Shown here: positions 38,754 to 51,406 of the stretch, piece by piece
Numbering within the stretch: the stretch's first letter is position 1
How the letters are laid out: each line of letters opens with the position of its first letter
Assembly: GCF_001194135.2 (NCBI RefSeq)
Contig: NC_069002.1
Location: 19,254,481 to 19,310,050, forward strand
Reading direction: 5' to 3'
Length of the DNA stretch: 55,570 nucleotides
Source: Octopus bimaculoides
Taxonomy: Eukaryota
The notes under the pieces: generated by a model
Databases searched by the model: none
What the model saw: only the letters and a program-made list of their open reading frames with translations
Told to the model about the DNA's origin: nothing
Made by a program: the position numbers and the translations under genes

Positions 38754-39925
38754 NNNNNNNNNNNNNNNNNNNNNNNNNNNNNNNNNNNNNNNNNNNNNNN
38801 NNNNNNNNNNNNNNNNNNNNNNNNNNNNNNNNNNNNNNNNNNNNNNNNNNNNNNNNNNNNNNNNNNNNNNNNNNNNNNNNNNNNNNNNNNNNNNNNNNNN
38901 NNNNNNNNNNNNNNNNNNNNNNNNNNNNNNNNNNNNNNNNNNNNNNNNNNNNNNNNNNNNNNNNNNNNNNNNNNNNNNNNNNNNNNNNNNNNNNNNNNNN
39001 NNNNNNNNNNNNNNNNNNNNNNNNNNNNNNNNNNNNNNNNNNNNNNNNNNNNNNNNNNNNNNNNNNNNNNNNNNNNNNNNNNNNNNNNNNNNNNNNNNNN
39101 NNNNNNNNNNNNNNNNNNNNNNNNNNNNNNNNNNNNNNNNNNNNNNNNNNNNNNNNNNNNNNNNNNNNNNNNNNNNNNNNNNNNNNNNNNNNNNNNNNNN
39201 NNNNNNNNNNNNNNNNNNNNNNNNNNNNNNNNNNNNNNNNNNNNNNNNNNNNNNNNNNNNNNNNNNNNNNNNNNNNNNNNNNNNNNNNNNNNNNNNNNNN
39301 NNNNNNNNNNNNNNNNNNNNNNNNNNNNNNNNNNNNNNNNNNNNNNNNNNNNNNNNNNNNNNNNNNCGTGTATGTATGTGTGTATGCGTGTAGAGATGTG
39401 AATATGAGTGTAGTGATGTGTGCATGGGTATATATGCGTGTTTATGTGCGTGTATGCGTATACATATATATGTGTGTTTGTATGTATATATACGCGCGTG
39501 TGGTATGTATATAGATATATATACATACATGTGTGTATGCGTACGTGTATGTGTGTGTGTATATGTGTGCATATGCGGATTCTATGAATGAAGCATTACT
39601 TTCCCCATGCCTACTGGAGTGGTCTCTCTTTATTCAACGGTTTTTTCATAGCGTTTGTTTTAATAACACTTGGGATGCCGGGGCAGACTTCAGCTCCGGC
39701 ATCCCAACAGTTATTATATATGTATATATATATANNNNNNNNNNNNNNNNNNNNNNNNNNNNNNNNNNNNNNNNNNNNNNNNNNNNNATACATATATATA
39801 TATATATATATATACATTTTATGCATATTATACTCTCAAAACAAAAGAATGAATTGTACATAATATACATCAACACAAAAAAATCTGATAAGGAGCTGAT
39901 CTCCTTGATTCAAGATTTCCTCTAG

Positions 39926-40400
39926 GGCCAAATTCTGGATCCCTTCATCCAAGATGTCGCTGAGAACAAAGGCAGCGCCATACACAGTTGCTATTGTTGT
40001 CACATTCATACACACCTCAATAAATTCACTCAGGGTGAGGGTCCTTCGCTCCACCCTCACCGTTCAGATCAAGTGGAATATGCAAACGTCAATGAAGGCT
40101 TTATCAAAGAGCAATGGCTCTGGCCTCATAACTTACAGCTTCGTCAACCAGACAATCTCTTCCGCAATAACCACCAGACAAAAAAAAAAAGAAAAAAAAC
40201 TACTTTACAAGTCAGGTTCAATGAGGGCTGCAGATTGTCTCCGACAATAGACGGATTTGCCTCACTTGCGATAACAGCAGTTTGACATACTCCACAAGCC
40301 AGCGATTCCCGGACACTGAATCTCTGTGTGTAGAACGGTTTTCACCGCCATGTGCATATCTCGGACAACCCCGCCTGACTGCACAACTTTGCGTGTGGTG
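39926..40400 (+). mobile_element. Possible highly decayed RTE-type LINE 3' fragment
   Basis: Weak resemblance across frames (VEYANVNEG; QVQ*GLQIVSDNRR; a terminal C..F.R..I.R-like stretch). Not secure. Confidence 0.22.
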
Positions 40401-40740
40401 TTCATCTAAAACCAGTAATAATCTTCGGTAGCAATTCGACGCCGAAGACTTCTGCAAATTATTCCTGGCTAAACTACAATCGCAACTGTTCACCCCTATC
40501 TCTTGGGTAATTTTGGTGCAAGATGAAGTGTTTTTCTTGATGTTATTGTTGGTCTTGTCACAGCTGTTGTTCTTTTAGTTGTTGTTTGGGGTGATTTCAT
40601 TGTTTCTTTTGTTATTTTAAAAATATTTTGTTTGTCTTGAAAATTGTCGTTGTTGTAGTTGCTGTTGTTGCTTCCGTCGCTGTTTCTCCTGCTATCGTTT
40701 TTGTTGTTGTTGTTGTTGTTAATTGCTTCCAACCCTATAG

Positions 40741-40803
40741 CGTTATTGGAATATTCTGCAAACTCAACTGCCATGACACCTTCGAAATTCTCTTCGCTGA
40801 CAG
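40741..40803 (+). CDS. Candidate 63-nt symmetric exon, unidentified host gene
   Basis: Branch-like TTAAT, pyrimidine tract, ctatAG acceptor and CAG|GTAAAA donor; two open frames (VIGIFCKLNCHDTFEILFAD or LLEYSANSTAMTPSKFSSLT). Confidence 0.3.
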
Positions 40804-41144
40804 GTAAAAAATTACTAATTAGTTTAATGACCTAATTATCAATTGTAAGCATAAATTTAAGAATTACATTCAAAGAATTTATGAGAGAGAATGGATAATT
40901 ATAAAGATTTACTTTTGATTAAGTCATTTTCTTATATCTCCATTTTCAGTGATTTCATTTTGTTTCACCAAATCTACTTTTCATTGGTTTCACAATTTCT
41001 TTTTCATCCTTATTTTGCACAACCTCATACCACTACTGACATTTCATTCCTTTATCTTTTGCATTCATCTCCCCTGCCTACTCTTATAGCCAAACCTTTC
41101 TCTATCTCTGGATAACCTCAGGTTTTCCAATTGATTTACAACAA

Positions 41145-41246
<102 letters not shown>

Positions 41247-41251
41247 TATAT

Positions 41252-41475
41252 ATTATTTTATTCATTTACTTGTTCCACTTGTTCCACTCATGACTGCGGC
41301 CATGTCGGAGATCTACCTTAAGGGGTTTTAGTAGAACAAATTAACCACAAGACTTAGTTTTTGTAAGCCTAGTGCTTATTATATCGGTCTCATTTGGCGA
41401 ATCGTTCGATACACGGGTGTAAATACACCAACATCGGTTGTCAAGCAACAGTGGAGGGAACACATACAAATACAA

Positions 41476-41529
<54 letters not shown>

Positions 41530-41700
41530 ACATACACACACACGACGGGCTTCTTCCAGTTTCCGCCTACCAAATCCATTCACGAGTACTTGATCGACCC
41601 AAGGCTATAGTAGAAGACATTTACCCAAGGTGCCACGTAATAGGACGGAACTTGCAACCATGTAGTTGGGAAGCAAGCTTCTTAGTACACAGCCTCGCCT
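41252..41700 (-). mobile_element. Full-length SINE family 1: head, internal microsatellite and tail
   Basis: Head 41544-41700, (CA)/(TA) tract 41462-41543 and tail 41252-41461, each matching other copies in the window. Confidence 0.85.
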
Positions 41701-41859
41701 TCGTCTTGTCCTCAGCTCGCAATATATCGGACAAAGGCTGTGTCGACAATGGGCAGGTATTCACCTGAGGTTAACAAAGAGTAGTAACGTTGTTCCGTAC
41801 AGAACAGCAATGTTTAAGTGACAACATATACATACATACATAAATAAATACATACATAC

Positions 41860-41893
<34 letters not shown>

Positions 41894-43776
41894 ATAGATT
41901 GAGATATAGATACATATATATATATATATGTGTATGTATGTATGTATATATATATATACATATANNNNNNNNNNNNNNNNNNNNNNNNNNNNNNNNNNNN
42001 NNNNNNNNNNNNNNNNNNNNNNNNNNNNNNNNNNNNNNNNNNNNNNNNNNNNNNNNNNNNNNNNNNNNNNNNNNNNNNNNNNNNNNNNNNNNNNNNNNNN
42101 NNNNNNNNNNNNNNNNNNNNNNNNNNNNNNNNNNNNNNNNNNNNNNNNNNNNNNNNNNNNNNNNNNNNNNNNNNNNNNNNNNNNNNNNNNNNNNNNNNNN
42201 NNNNNNNNNNNNNNNNNNNNNNNNNNNNNNNNNNNNNNNNNNNNNNNNNNNNNNNNNNNNNNNNNNNNNNNNNNNNNNNNNNNNNNNNNNNNNNNNNNTA
42301 TATATATATGCATATATACATATATACATACATCTATACATATATATATAACCATACGTGGACACAGGACGTCATGAAACGTGTACAATGAAAAATTAAG
42401 AAGTACGAATACATGGAACATGAACTATCCTTTCGAAGAACGAAAGACACAAATGGAAAACAAAAGATACAACATAAAGAGCGATCCTTCATCAGTTGTT
42501 GGCTGTTTTTCTAGTCTCGTATCTCGAGCATCTAACAACAATATACGCTTTCGATAAAACAGTGGCTCCCGCAAAGCAAATTAAATACAATTTAGAATTT
42601 TTGCGGAGGGTCAAAATAGGTAACACAAAAAGGACAGCGGAAACAAACAGGGAGGGCTGCTAAGCCTAAACGAGGCTGTGGTGGCGAAGGCGTAAATCAA
42701 TCGTCGACAGGAAACAAGCAAGAACACGTCTTCCTTGTTCTAGATACAACGGAGAGAGATAGAAAGAAACACAAGTTAGAAGTAGAAAGATGACCGATGG
42801 TCACGTGGGAACCACACACATATATATGTATGCGCTTGCGTGTGTGCCTTTGTGTGTTTTTTTTCTTTAGCCCACCATCCTTTTCCTCTAATCTCTTTCA
42901 GTGGAAAAGCGTTGATTTGAATCGTCAAAATCTTTTCCATTCGACCCTAACCCTAACCCTGTATTTGTCTTTTGTTTTCTGTACAGTTGAACTGTATATA
43001 TATATCATCAGTACCCCCTAAATGAAATTATAACAGCTTTATGTCATACTTTTTTCACTCTGCAAGATACTATCCGCTGCTTATAATTCCTCGCTGAACG
43101 GTTTTCATTACAGTAATTTACTTCTCGTTGGTAGAATGTCTTCACTACTACTGCAGAGCACCCTCTAATCTTGACTATAATGAAATGCCCTACGCACCTC
43201 TTAATTCCACCGATCTTGTTTTTTAAATGCTAGTTATTACTGACAGCAGCAGTGTTGTACTGATGTGTATTATTTGCATCCTACATGACGTGGTTGTACA
43301 TTAAGAACGCCGTGAAACTGGTATTTTTTACTGAGAATTCATCTTGGATCAACGTATAATGGTTAAAAGCAGAGATTTTGAGCATCACACAAAACATATT
43401 TGCGTATCTCAGTAAGTACAAATTTGGGTAGCATATGAAAAAGGTGAATACACAGTTCTAATGAAACCGAAACTCACTGAAACCATGTGATCCACGCCAT
43501 ATGATCAACTGTTTATCGGCTGCAGATATTTCTATTCGTTTTGGTACTAAACATCTAGAACGAACCTCTGCAGTTTTATGACGTTCTTAAAGTATAACCA
43601 CGTCAAGTAGGACGACCTTACTTTGTTATATATATATATATATNNNNNNNNNNNNNNNNNNNNATATGTTTGTGCGTATGTTTGTGTGTGTGTATCGTGT
43701 ATGTGTATGTGTGTGTTTGTGTATGCTGTGCATGTGTATGTCAGTGTGTTTGTGTGTGTATATATGTATGTGTGCA

Positions 43777-43972
43777 TATTCTTTTATTCTCATACTTGTT
43801 TCAGTCATTTGACTGTGGCCATGCTAGAGCACCGCCTTTTGGTCAAAGAATTCGAACCCTTACACTTATTCTTTGTAAACCTGGTACGTATTTTATCAGA
43901 TCTATTTTGCCGAATTGCTATGTTACGAGGCCGTAAAGACACCAATATCAGTTGTCAGGTGATGGTGGGGGT
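43777..43972 (-). mobile_element. SINE family 1, 3' half
   Basis: TTCTTTTATTCTCATACTTGTTTCAGTCATTTGACTGTGGCCATGCTAGAGCACCGCC matches the other tails. Confidence 0.82.
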
Positions 43973-43980
43973 ACATGCTA

Positions 43981-44015
<35 letters not shown>

Positions 44016-44043
44016 CACACACACACACACACACAAACATTTC

Positions 44044-44621
44044 TTTAGTGCGAAATAAGTCTTTTTCCATACAAAAAATGAACATTAATCATATTTCCTA
44101 TTTTGTTTGATGACTTTTTGCCATCTTTGCGACTTCATGATTCCGCGCTCATAAAAGTTCTAGTCCTTATCAGCCCAAAAACTATGACAAGTGCGATTTC
44201 AGGTCATCATTATATTGAAAGTTTTACCATTCGAACTATTTTGCAAACTTTGAAATAAATAGTAATCTGATGGTGCAAGGACAGGTCTATAGGGTGGATG
44301 TGACATCACTTCCCAACCAAGCTCCAATAATTTTTCACGATTTAGCAAAGACGTGTGTGGTCTAGCGTTGTCATGGTGGAACATGATTGCTTCCTCCCGT
44401 TTCATTAGTTGTTGACAGTCAACATCTGAATTGATCGTTTCGTTCCTTGGAAGCTGCTCAAAATACACACCTTTGTAATCCCACCAAATTGACAGTATGA
44501 CGTTTTTTGATGCAATTCAGCTTTCGATGTGGTTTGCTGGTTCATTACGCTTGGATCACGATCGTTTTTGTTTGATGTTTTTGTCGACAATCTATTTTTT
44601 TATCATCAGTGATGATTCGTT

Positions 44622-44655
<34 letters not shown>

Positions 44656-45280
44656 AAGATCAGTTTCATTGTGTTTGAGATGCATAGCGCAAATATTGAT
44701 TCGTTGTCTTATGTGAATCTCTTTCAATTTATGTGGAACCCAAATATCAAGCTTCTTAACGAATCTAAGACATTTTACGTGATTTTCAATTCTTGTGTGT
44801 GACACATTTAACCTCTTTGCAATATCTTACACAATTATATGACTATCAGATTCAATTATGACTTTGATTCGGTCATCATCAACTTCAGTTGATCGACCAG
44901 AAAGTTGGTCATTTTTCAGTGAAAAGATCTCCAGAACGGAAGTTTTAAAACCATTTCTGACATGTGCGTTCTGTTAAGCAATCAACCACCACAAACTTCA
45001 TATAATCTCTTTGTGAGATGCAGCAACTTTCTTGCCTTTACGGAAATAATAAAAAAAAGCAAAATAAGACGAAAATGTTCGTTTTTGCACTCCACTTTAA
45101 AATTGACACTGAACTAACAGCTGTAAGGAAATTTACGCGCAATATGCTTCTAAAGTAAGCTAAAAGAAACGGCTACCAAATGTCAACAGGAAAAAGTCAA
45201 CACATTGACAAAAGTCATACAAAAAAAATCGTAACTCTATCTATTTGCGAAGAGCAAAATTACTTTCTTGCTAACACTGT
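44044..45280 (-). mobile_element. mariner (D,D34D) transposon, near full length, pseudogenised
   Basis: KLDIWVPHKL, IITDDKK, FHHDNARPH, HPPYRPVLAPSDYYLF with 34 residues between the last two Asp; about 1.24 kb; decayed TIR-like ends; A30 expansion at 44623-44652. Confidence 0.92.
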
Positions 45281-45291
45281 TTGTCTGTTTA

Positions 45292-45344
<53 letters not shown>

Positions 45345-45457
45345 ATGTCTGTCTGTATGTCTGTCTGTNNNNNNNNNNNNNNNNNNNNNNNNNNNNNNNN
45401 NNNNNNNNNNNNNNNNNNNNNNNNNNNNNNNNNNNNNNNNNNNNNNNNNNNNNNNNN

Positions 45458-45530
<73 letters not shown>

Positions 45531-46295
45531 ATATAATTATGAGTAAGACGTTATGCAACTGTCGAAGGGATAAATAAATCCATGGGCACTACTGGTGTAT
45601 TACCTAACTATATATAGGCCTTGCTATAAGGTTGGTAATTTAAATGGTAAACCGTGGTTTAATAATCAGATAACAAGAGAAACGGAACAACAATTAGCAA
45701 TTAGAAATTGATCATTAGCATTAAAGGGTCATAGATTAATTGTAGTTAAAATAACATTTACAGCTATTTCAGTTTGTTATTGTTGAGGTAAATTTGCATT
45801 TATCTCGTTCCATGTAACAAAGATCGTCAGAATGATTTAGAGTTTATCAGATGAATATTGACAAGAGAAAAAGGAAAAAAGGAAAAGTAAAAGGAAAAAA
45901 GGAAAAAAGTTCGTTAAGGCTTACATTTCTTGTGTCCATTAAAGGTTGCACGTGTGTGTACATTTCTTTAATTAGATGAATGTTATTTTAACAATTAAGC
46001 TATGACCATTTAATACCAATGATCAACTTCAACTTCTAATTGTTAATTGTTGCTCCATTNNNNNNNNNNNNNNNNNNNNNNNNNNNNNNNNNNNNNNNNN
46101 NNNNNNNNNNNNNNNNNNNNNNNNNNNNNNNNNNNNNNNNNNNNNNNNNNNNNNNNNNNNNNNNNNNNNNNNNNNNNNNNNNNNNNNNNNNNNNNNNNNN
46201 NNNNNNNNNNNNNNNNNNNNNNNNNNNNNNNNNNNNNNNNNNNNNNNNNNNNNNNNNNNNNNNNNNNNNNNNNNNNNNNNNNNNNNNNNNNNNNN

Positions 46296-46995
46296 ATATG
46301 TTTAATATGACACAGTAATATTTTGAATTATAATTAAATTAAAATTTAAGATGTACAAAATATAAATATATATAAAAAATATAAGTGTACATAAAAATAC
46401 ATGCGTATATAAATGTATATAAAAATGTATGCGTAATTGAGTATAAATATTATGAAAGTCTAAAAATTAAAACACATCTGACGATCGTTTCACGGATATT
46501 ATTGCTTCCATATCAATTAAAAAATATATATATATATATCATTTAAAATTTCTACAAATGAAAAATATGAATTTTCCAAATTATTGGAGAGATTACTTTT
46601 ACAAACTCTTAAAGGACAGTATACAATTTAATATTTTTAATATTCTTAATACTTTTTAATATTTTAATTAATATCATCTTATCATATATACCATTCATTT
46701 TTAACAGGTATATAATAACTCCATTCATCTCCGAAGAGCGGAATTATTGCCAGTATACTTATCTATATTGATTACATTGTGGAGGCAATAATATCCGTGA
46801 AACGATCGTCAGATGCTTTTTAATTTTTAGACTTTCATAATATTTATACTCAATTACGCATACATGTTTATATACATTTATATACGCATGTATTTTTATG
46901 TACATTTATATTTTTAATATATATTTATATTTTGTACATCTTAAATTTGAATTTAATTATAATTCAAAATATTAGTGTGTCACATTAAACATATA
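46296..46995. mobile_element. Inverted-repeat element (about 215-bp imperfect arms) derived from a PLE terminus
   Basis: 46296-46510 is the imperfect reverse complement of 46780-46995; the right arm overlaps the HHR 3' half and the left arm carries its antisense copy (46475-46510). Confidence 0.8.
46726..46815 (+). ncRNA. Type I hammerhead motif, U4C core variant with long stem II
   Basis: CATCT - CCGAAGA - GCGGAATTATTGCC...GGCAATAATATCCGT (14 bp, one bulge) - GAAA - CGATCG - TC - AGATG; palindromic ACGATCGT, GUC triplet. Confidence 0.72.
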
Positions 46996-47309
46996 TCTTT
47001 CGGAAATTCGGATATTGATTTCCTGCGAATATTATTAATAATTTTATAAATTTATTAATGATATAAAAACATATATATATGTAAAGTGATGGTATGTTGT
47101 CAACTCAATGTGACAGTCCCATGAAAGAGGAGAATGCTCCTGCTATTTAGCCCTAGGAAAAACCGATTCCTGTTTGCCTTGACACATTTCCCATGTCCAT
47201 ATGTTTACAAAGGGAAGATAAGCACTTACATCCAGCAAAGCCAGTATCCAGAGACTAGTTTCAGAGTCATTGCTCATCATCAGTCTGGAGTAGCATGGCT
47301 TGCTAGCTG

Positions 47310-48399
47310 AATTCTTTATTACAGGCACAAGACCGTTTCAGCTCAAAGCCGTTTTGCTACACGGTTATTAGAGAGCCTCCTCTAATATGTGGCATTTGGT
47401 GAATAAGGGAGTTTGATATCGTTANNNNNNNNNNGTTTGATATCGTTACCCTCATTTGCATCTCCTGCCGTGAGGTAGGTTCATCTGGGACTCTCGACAA
47501 GAAGAGATCCAGTTTGTGTAGGTCCCTCAGACTCTTTGGGAGAATATTAAAAATTTGCGGGCCCTGAAAGCCAGGTTGTTGCAGTAACAGCTCCTGAAGC
47601 AGAAAGGCATTGTTGGTGTCTTTGGCACTGTGCAGTGGCGACCAGTTCTGATATTTGTGTAGCACAATCAATCATTTCCAGGATATTATAGATGTATATT
47701 ACTGCATATCTCTCCCGCCTATGCTCCAGGGAGTAAAGTCTTAGATCTTTCAGCCTATTCCAATTGCTGAGCTGTTGCAGGAAACGATCTTCTTTGTGGA
47801 GCTTCGCTGGATTGCTTCAAGGTCGGCTGCTAATTTTACATTTTGGGTGACCATAGCTGGGAGCAGTAATCCATGCGGCTGAGGATGAATGTCTTCCAGT
47901 GGACCATTATGGCTTACCTCTCTCTGATTCGGAACGATCCAGCCAGTCATCCGCACTTTGTCGCCACCCTGGTAATGTGCACTTGAAAAGAGGTACCATC
48001 ACCCATGACGATATCCAGGTCCTGCACTGATTTAGGCTCTGGGATTGTTACACCCTGCCGAACGATGTATCCTGTAAGTTTTATATTCAGTTTTAGACGC
48101 TAGTAGCACACTTTTTCAGCATTAAACTGCATATTATTTTCCTCAGCCCATCCCCTGCTGCAGTCAAACCCCTGTTGTAGGTGTGCAACATCTCTGGGGT
48201 CCTATATTCTCCGCGAGATTATCTTATGCATAGCTAGCAAGGGTGGCTATCCCGGTAGGTAAGGGCATATCTGAGAGGGCCCCTATAAAAAGCAATGGTG
48301 TCAAGACAGTGCCCTGTGAAACACTGCTCACTATTTGTGCTTTCTCTGTGGTGGCTCCATTGACCACCACTACCTGACTCCTATCCTTTAGAAAGTCAT
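47310..48399 (-). mobile_element. CR1-group LINE, RT C-terminal half and 3' end; 5' part lost in gap
   Basis: FLKDRSQVVVVNG..SSVSQGTVLTPLLFI..DM, ADLEAIQRSSTKKI, GPQIFNILPKSLRDL..LDLFLSRVPDEP; AATAAA at 47315-47320 on the minus strand. Confidence 0.87.
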
Positions 48400-49299
48400 N
48401 NNNNNNNNNNNNNNNNNNNNNNNNNNNNNNNNNNNNNNNNNNNNNNNNNNNNNNNNNNNNNNNNNNNNNNNNNNNNNNNNNNNNNNNNNNNNNNNNNNNN
48501 NNNNNNNNNNNNNNNNNNNNNNNNNNNNNNNNNNNNNNNNNNNNNNNNNNNNNNNNNNNNNNNNNNNNNNNNNNNNNNNNNNNNNNNNNNNNNNNNNNNN
48601 NNNNNNNNNNNNNNNNNNNNNNNNNNNNNNNNNNNNNNNNNNNNNNNNNNNNNNNNNNNNNNNNNNNNNNNNNNNNNNNNNNNNNNNNNNNNNNNNNNNN
48701 NNNNNNNNNNNNNNNNNNNNNNNNNNNNNNNNNNNNNNNNNNNNNNNNNNNNNNNNNNNNNNNNNNNNNNNNNNNNNNNNNNNNNNNNNNNNNNNNNNNN
48801 NNNNNNNNNNNNNNNNNNNNNNNNNNNNNNNNNNNNNNNNNNNNNNNNNNNNNNNNNNNNNNNNNNNNNNNNNNNNNNNNNNNNNNNNNNNNNNNNNNNN
48901 NNNNNNNNNNNNNNNNNNNNNNNNNNNNNNNNNNNNNNNNNNNNNNNNNNNNNNNNNNNNNNNNNNNNNNNNNNNNNNNNNNNNNNNNNNNNNNNNNNNN
49001 NNNNNNNNNNNNNNNNNNNNNNNNNNNNNNNNNNNNNNNNNNNNNNNNNNNNNNNNNNNNNNNNNNNNNNNNNNNNNNNNNNNNNNNNNNNNNNNNNNNN
49101 NNNNNNNNNNNNNNNNNNNNNNNNNNNNNNNNNNNNNNNNNNNNNNNNNNNNNNNNNNNNNNNNNNNNATATATATATATATATATATACATATATATGT
49201 ATATACATATATATATATATATACATATATACACATGTTTACATAAATACATACATATATACATACATTCCTTTTACTTATACACACATTCAGTTGCAG

Positions 49300-49330
<31 letters not shown>

Positions 49331-49938
49331 AGTATTTGCCTATCATATAAGCATGTATATGTTTTCATGTCCATGTACGTAAATATCATTATTGTTTATA
49401 TATAACAAAATTATATGCGCTAAATCATCTGTACTATAATATCTTTGTACTAACAAAACACACACGCGCACACATGGACACACAGACATATCTGTGTGCG
49501 TGAGTGTTGACTATACGTACACACATATATGTGTGCGTGTGTATGTGTATGTGTGCTTCATTCGGCCTTAAACAATTCTGTGCAATCATATTCAGAAATA
49601 AAGCTGTTCACGGACACGGATATTTTTATTCGTATAATTATACATTTGTATGCATATATATATATATGAATATATATGTCTATATCCATTCATTTATATA
49701 TACATACATACATACATACATACAGACAGACAGACAGACTGACAGACACAAACACACACACACGCATATATATATACATATATGTACATATATGTACATA
49801 TGTGTGTATACATATGTGTATACATACATATATATGCATGTGTATGTGTATTTTTAGAGATACATACATGCATAAATATAATGGACATATATGCATCTTT
49901 ATGAATTTGATATATACACATATATATATGTGTATGTT

Positions 49939-50026
<88 letters not shown>

Positions 50027-51406
50027 CGTATATATATATGTGTGTGTGCGTGTGTACATAGAGAGAGAGAGAAAGACAGAGGTATAATAAAAAGAAGACG
50101 GGGATTTGAAAAGGAAGTGGGAGTTCGAGAGAGAGAGGGGGAGAGAGACTGAGGGAGAGAGTGAGAGAGAAGGGGTGAGAGAGAATATGATTTAAAAATT
50201 CCACTATGTGAAGCAGAATCCCGCCCATAGAAGCATTTTATAAGAAGAAAATCTATTTTTGCATAATTATGTTAAATGATGTTAAAACCTTAAATGGCGG
50301 AGGTGGACTCTACAAGTGACTGCCAATAAAACCACTGCTGTTTCTTCTCACTTTGCAAACAACCTACTTATCTGCTGCAGGTAAGTGAAGGTGGAGCTGT
50401 CTAATTTATGCTTGGCTCTTATACATTATCCTTATACATCCACTGTAATAACAGCAGTGAAGCAGAAATTGGCCCTTTGGCAATGTATAAAAAAATAACT
50501 CATTGACCACACATACGCACACGCACACCACAGATACACACATACAAACACACACACACACACGCATACACACACACCACACACACCACTCACACACACA
50601 GGCGTACCACACACAGGCGTACCACACACACGCACACACGTATACACATCGATATTCAGGCGCTTTCTCTGCAGGTTACTTTTATTAAAATCACACAAAA
50701 TGCTCTGGCTCCCTGGAAGCTTTACTGAAAGATATTTGGCCAAATTTTAACCCATTTGCATGTTACATCTTCACTTAAATAGATTGTAAACAAACACCTA
50801 GTGGCAGGATTTTATACAGGTCTTTTCGACGTTTGTGTCTAAAAGGACTATACATGGTCTCTGACTTATTTCTGGTCTGTAATTTTTGATTTAAATATGC
50901 ATGTTACACTTCGATATAAATGTTCTCTACTCTGTATTTATATCAAGCTGAATTCAATGCAGGACAAATTTTGTGAGGTTGGCGCTTGTTGAGGCAGAAA
51001 CACATGTTCTCAGTTGCATTTTAAATACATAATATATCCACACAGCGTCTCTTGTTAATAGCTGAACAGTTTCGTGGAACCGCCCTCAACATTGTTTCCT
51101 CATGTACTCAGTATTTTCTGCAGTTCCCCTTAGAGTCGGGCGGAATTGCTACTAGCTGTTTGATTTTCTTCACTTGAAGTGAAAATAATTTCAACAACAC
51201 AAAAATTTTAATTTTAATGAATAGAAGAATTTTTTTCGATTTTGCGGTCTCTTTTAGAATCAAATTAGGAGTCTTCGCAAGAGCAAGACCATATGTAAAT
51301 GAATCGCGAAGACATACACCAGAAGGACAACAGCCATTGAAGATCAACAACTTTTCAAATTCCAGAACAGAGATTTTCACCAGATGAGTCCAACAACAAA
51401 AGTTTG

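Noticed and set aside
42430-42512. Minus-strand CTGATGA ... TTCGAAA in an unclassified repeat
   Set aside because: The best hairpin uses G8/A9 as stem, and stems I and III do not form.
44623-44652. A30 run inside the mariner ORF as a retroposed tail
   Set aside because: It sits on a pre-existing short T-run of the transposase (PF-L region) with no attached SINE body; slippage explains it.
47405-47450. GTTTGATATCGTTA duplicated around a 10-N gap
   Set aside because: Same unmerged-overlap artefact.
50231-50386. Strong donor CAG|GTAAGT at 50381
   Set aside because: No upstream acceptor gives a convincing open, in-phase exon; it could only be a UTR or chance site.
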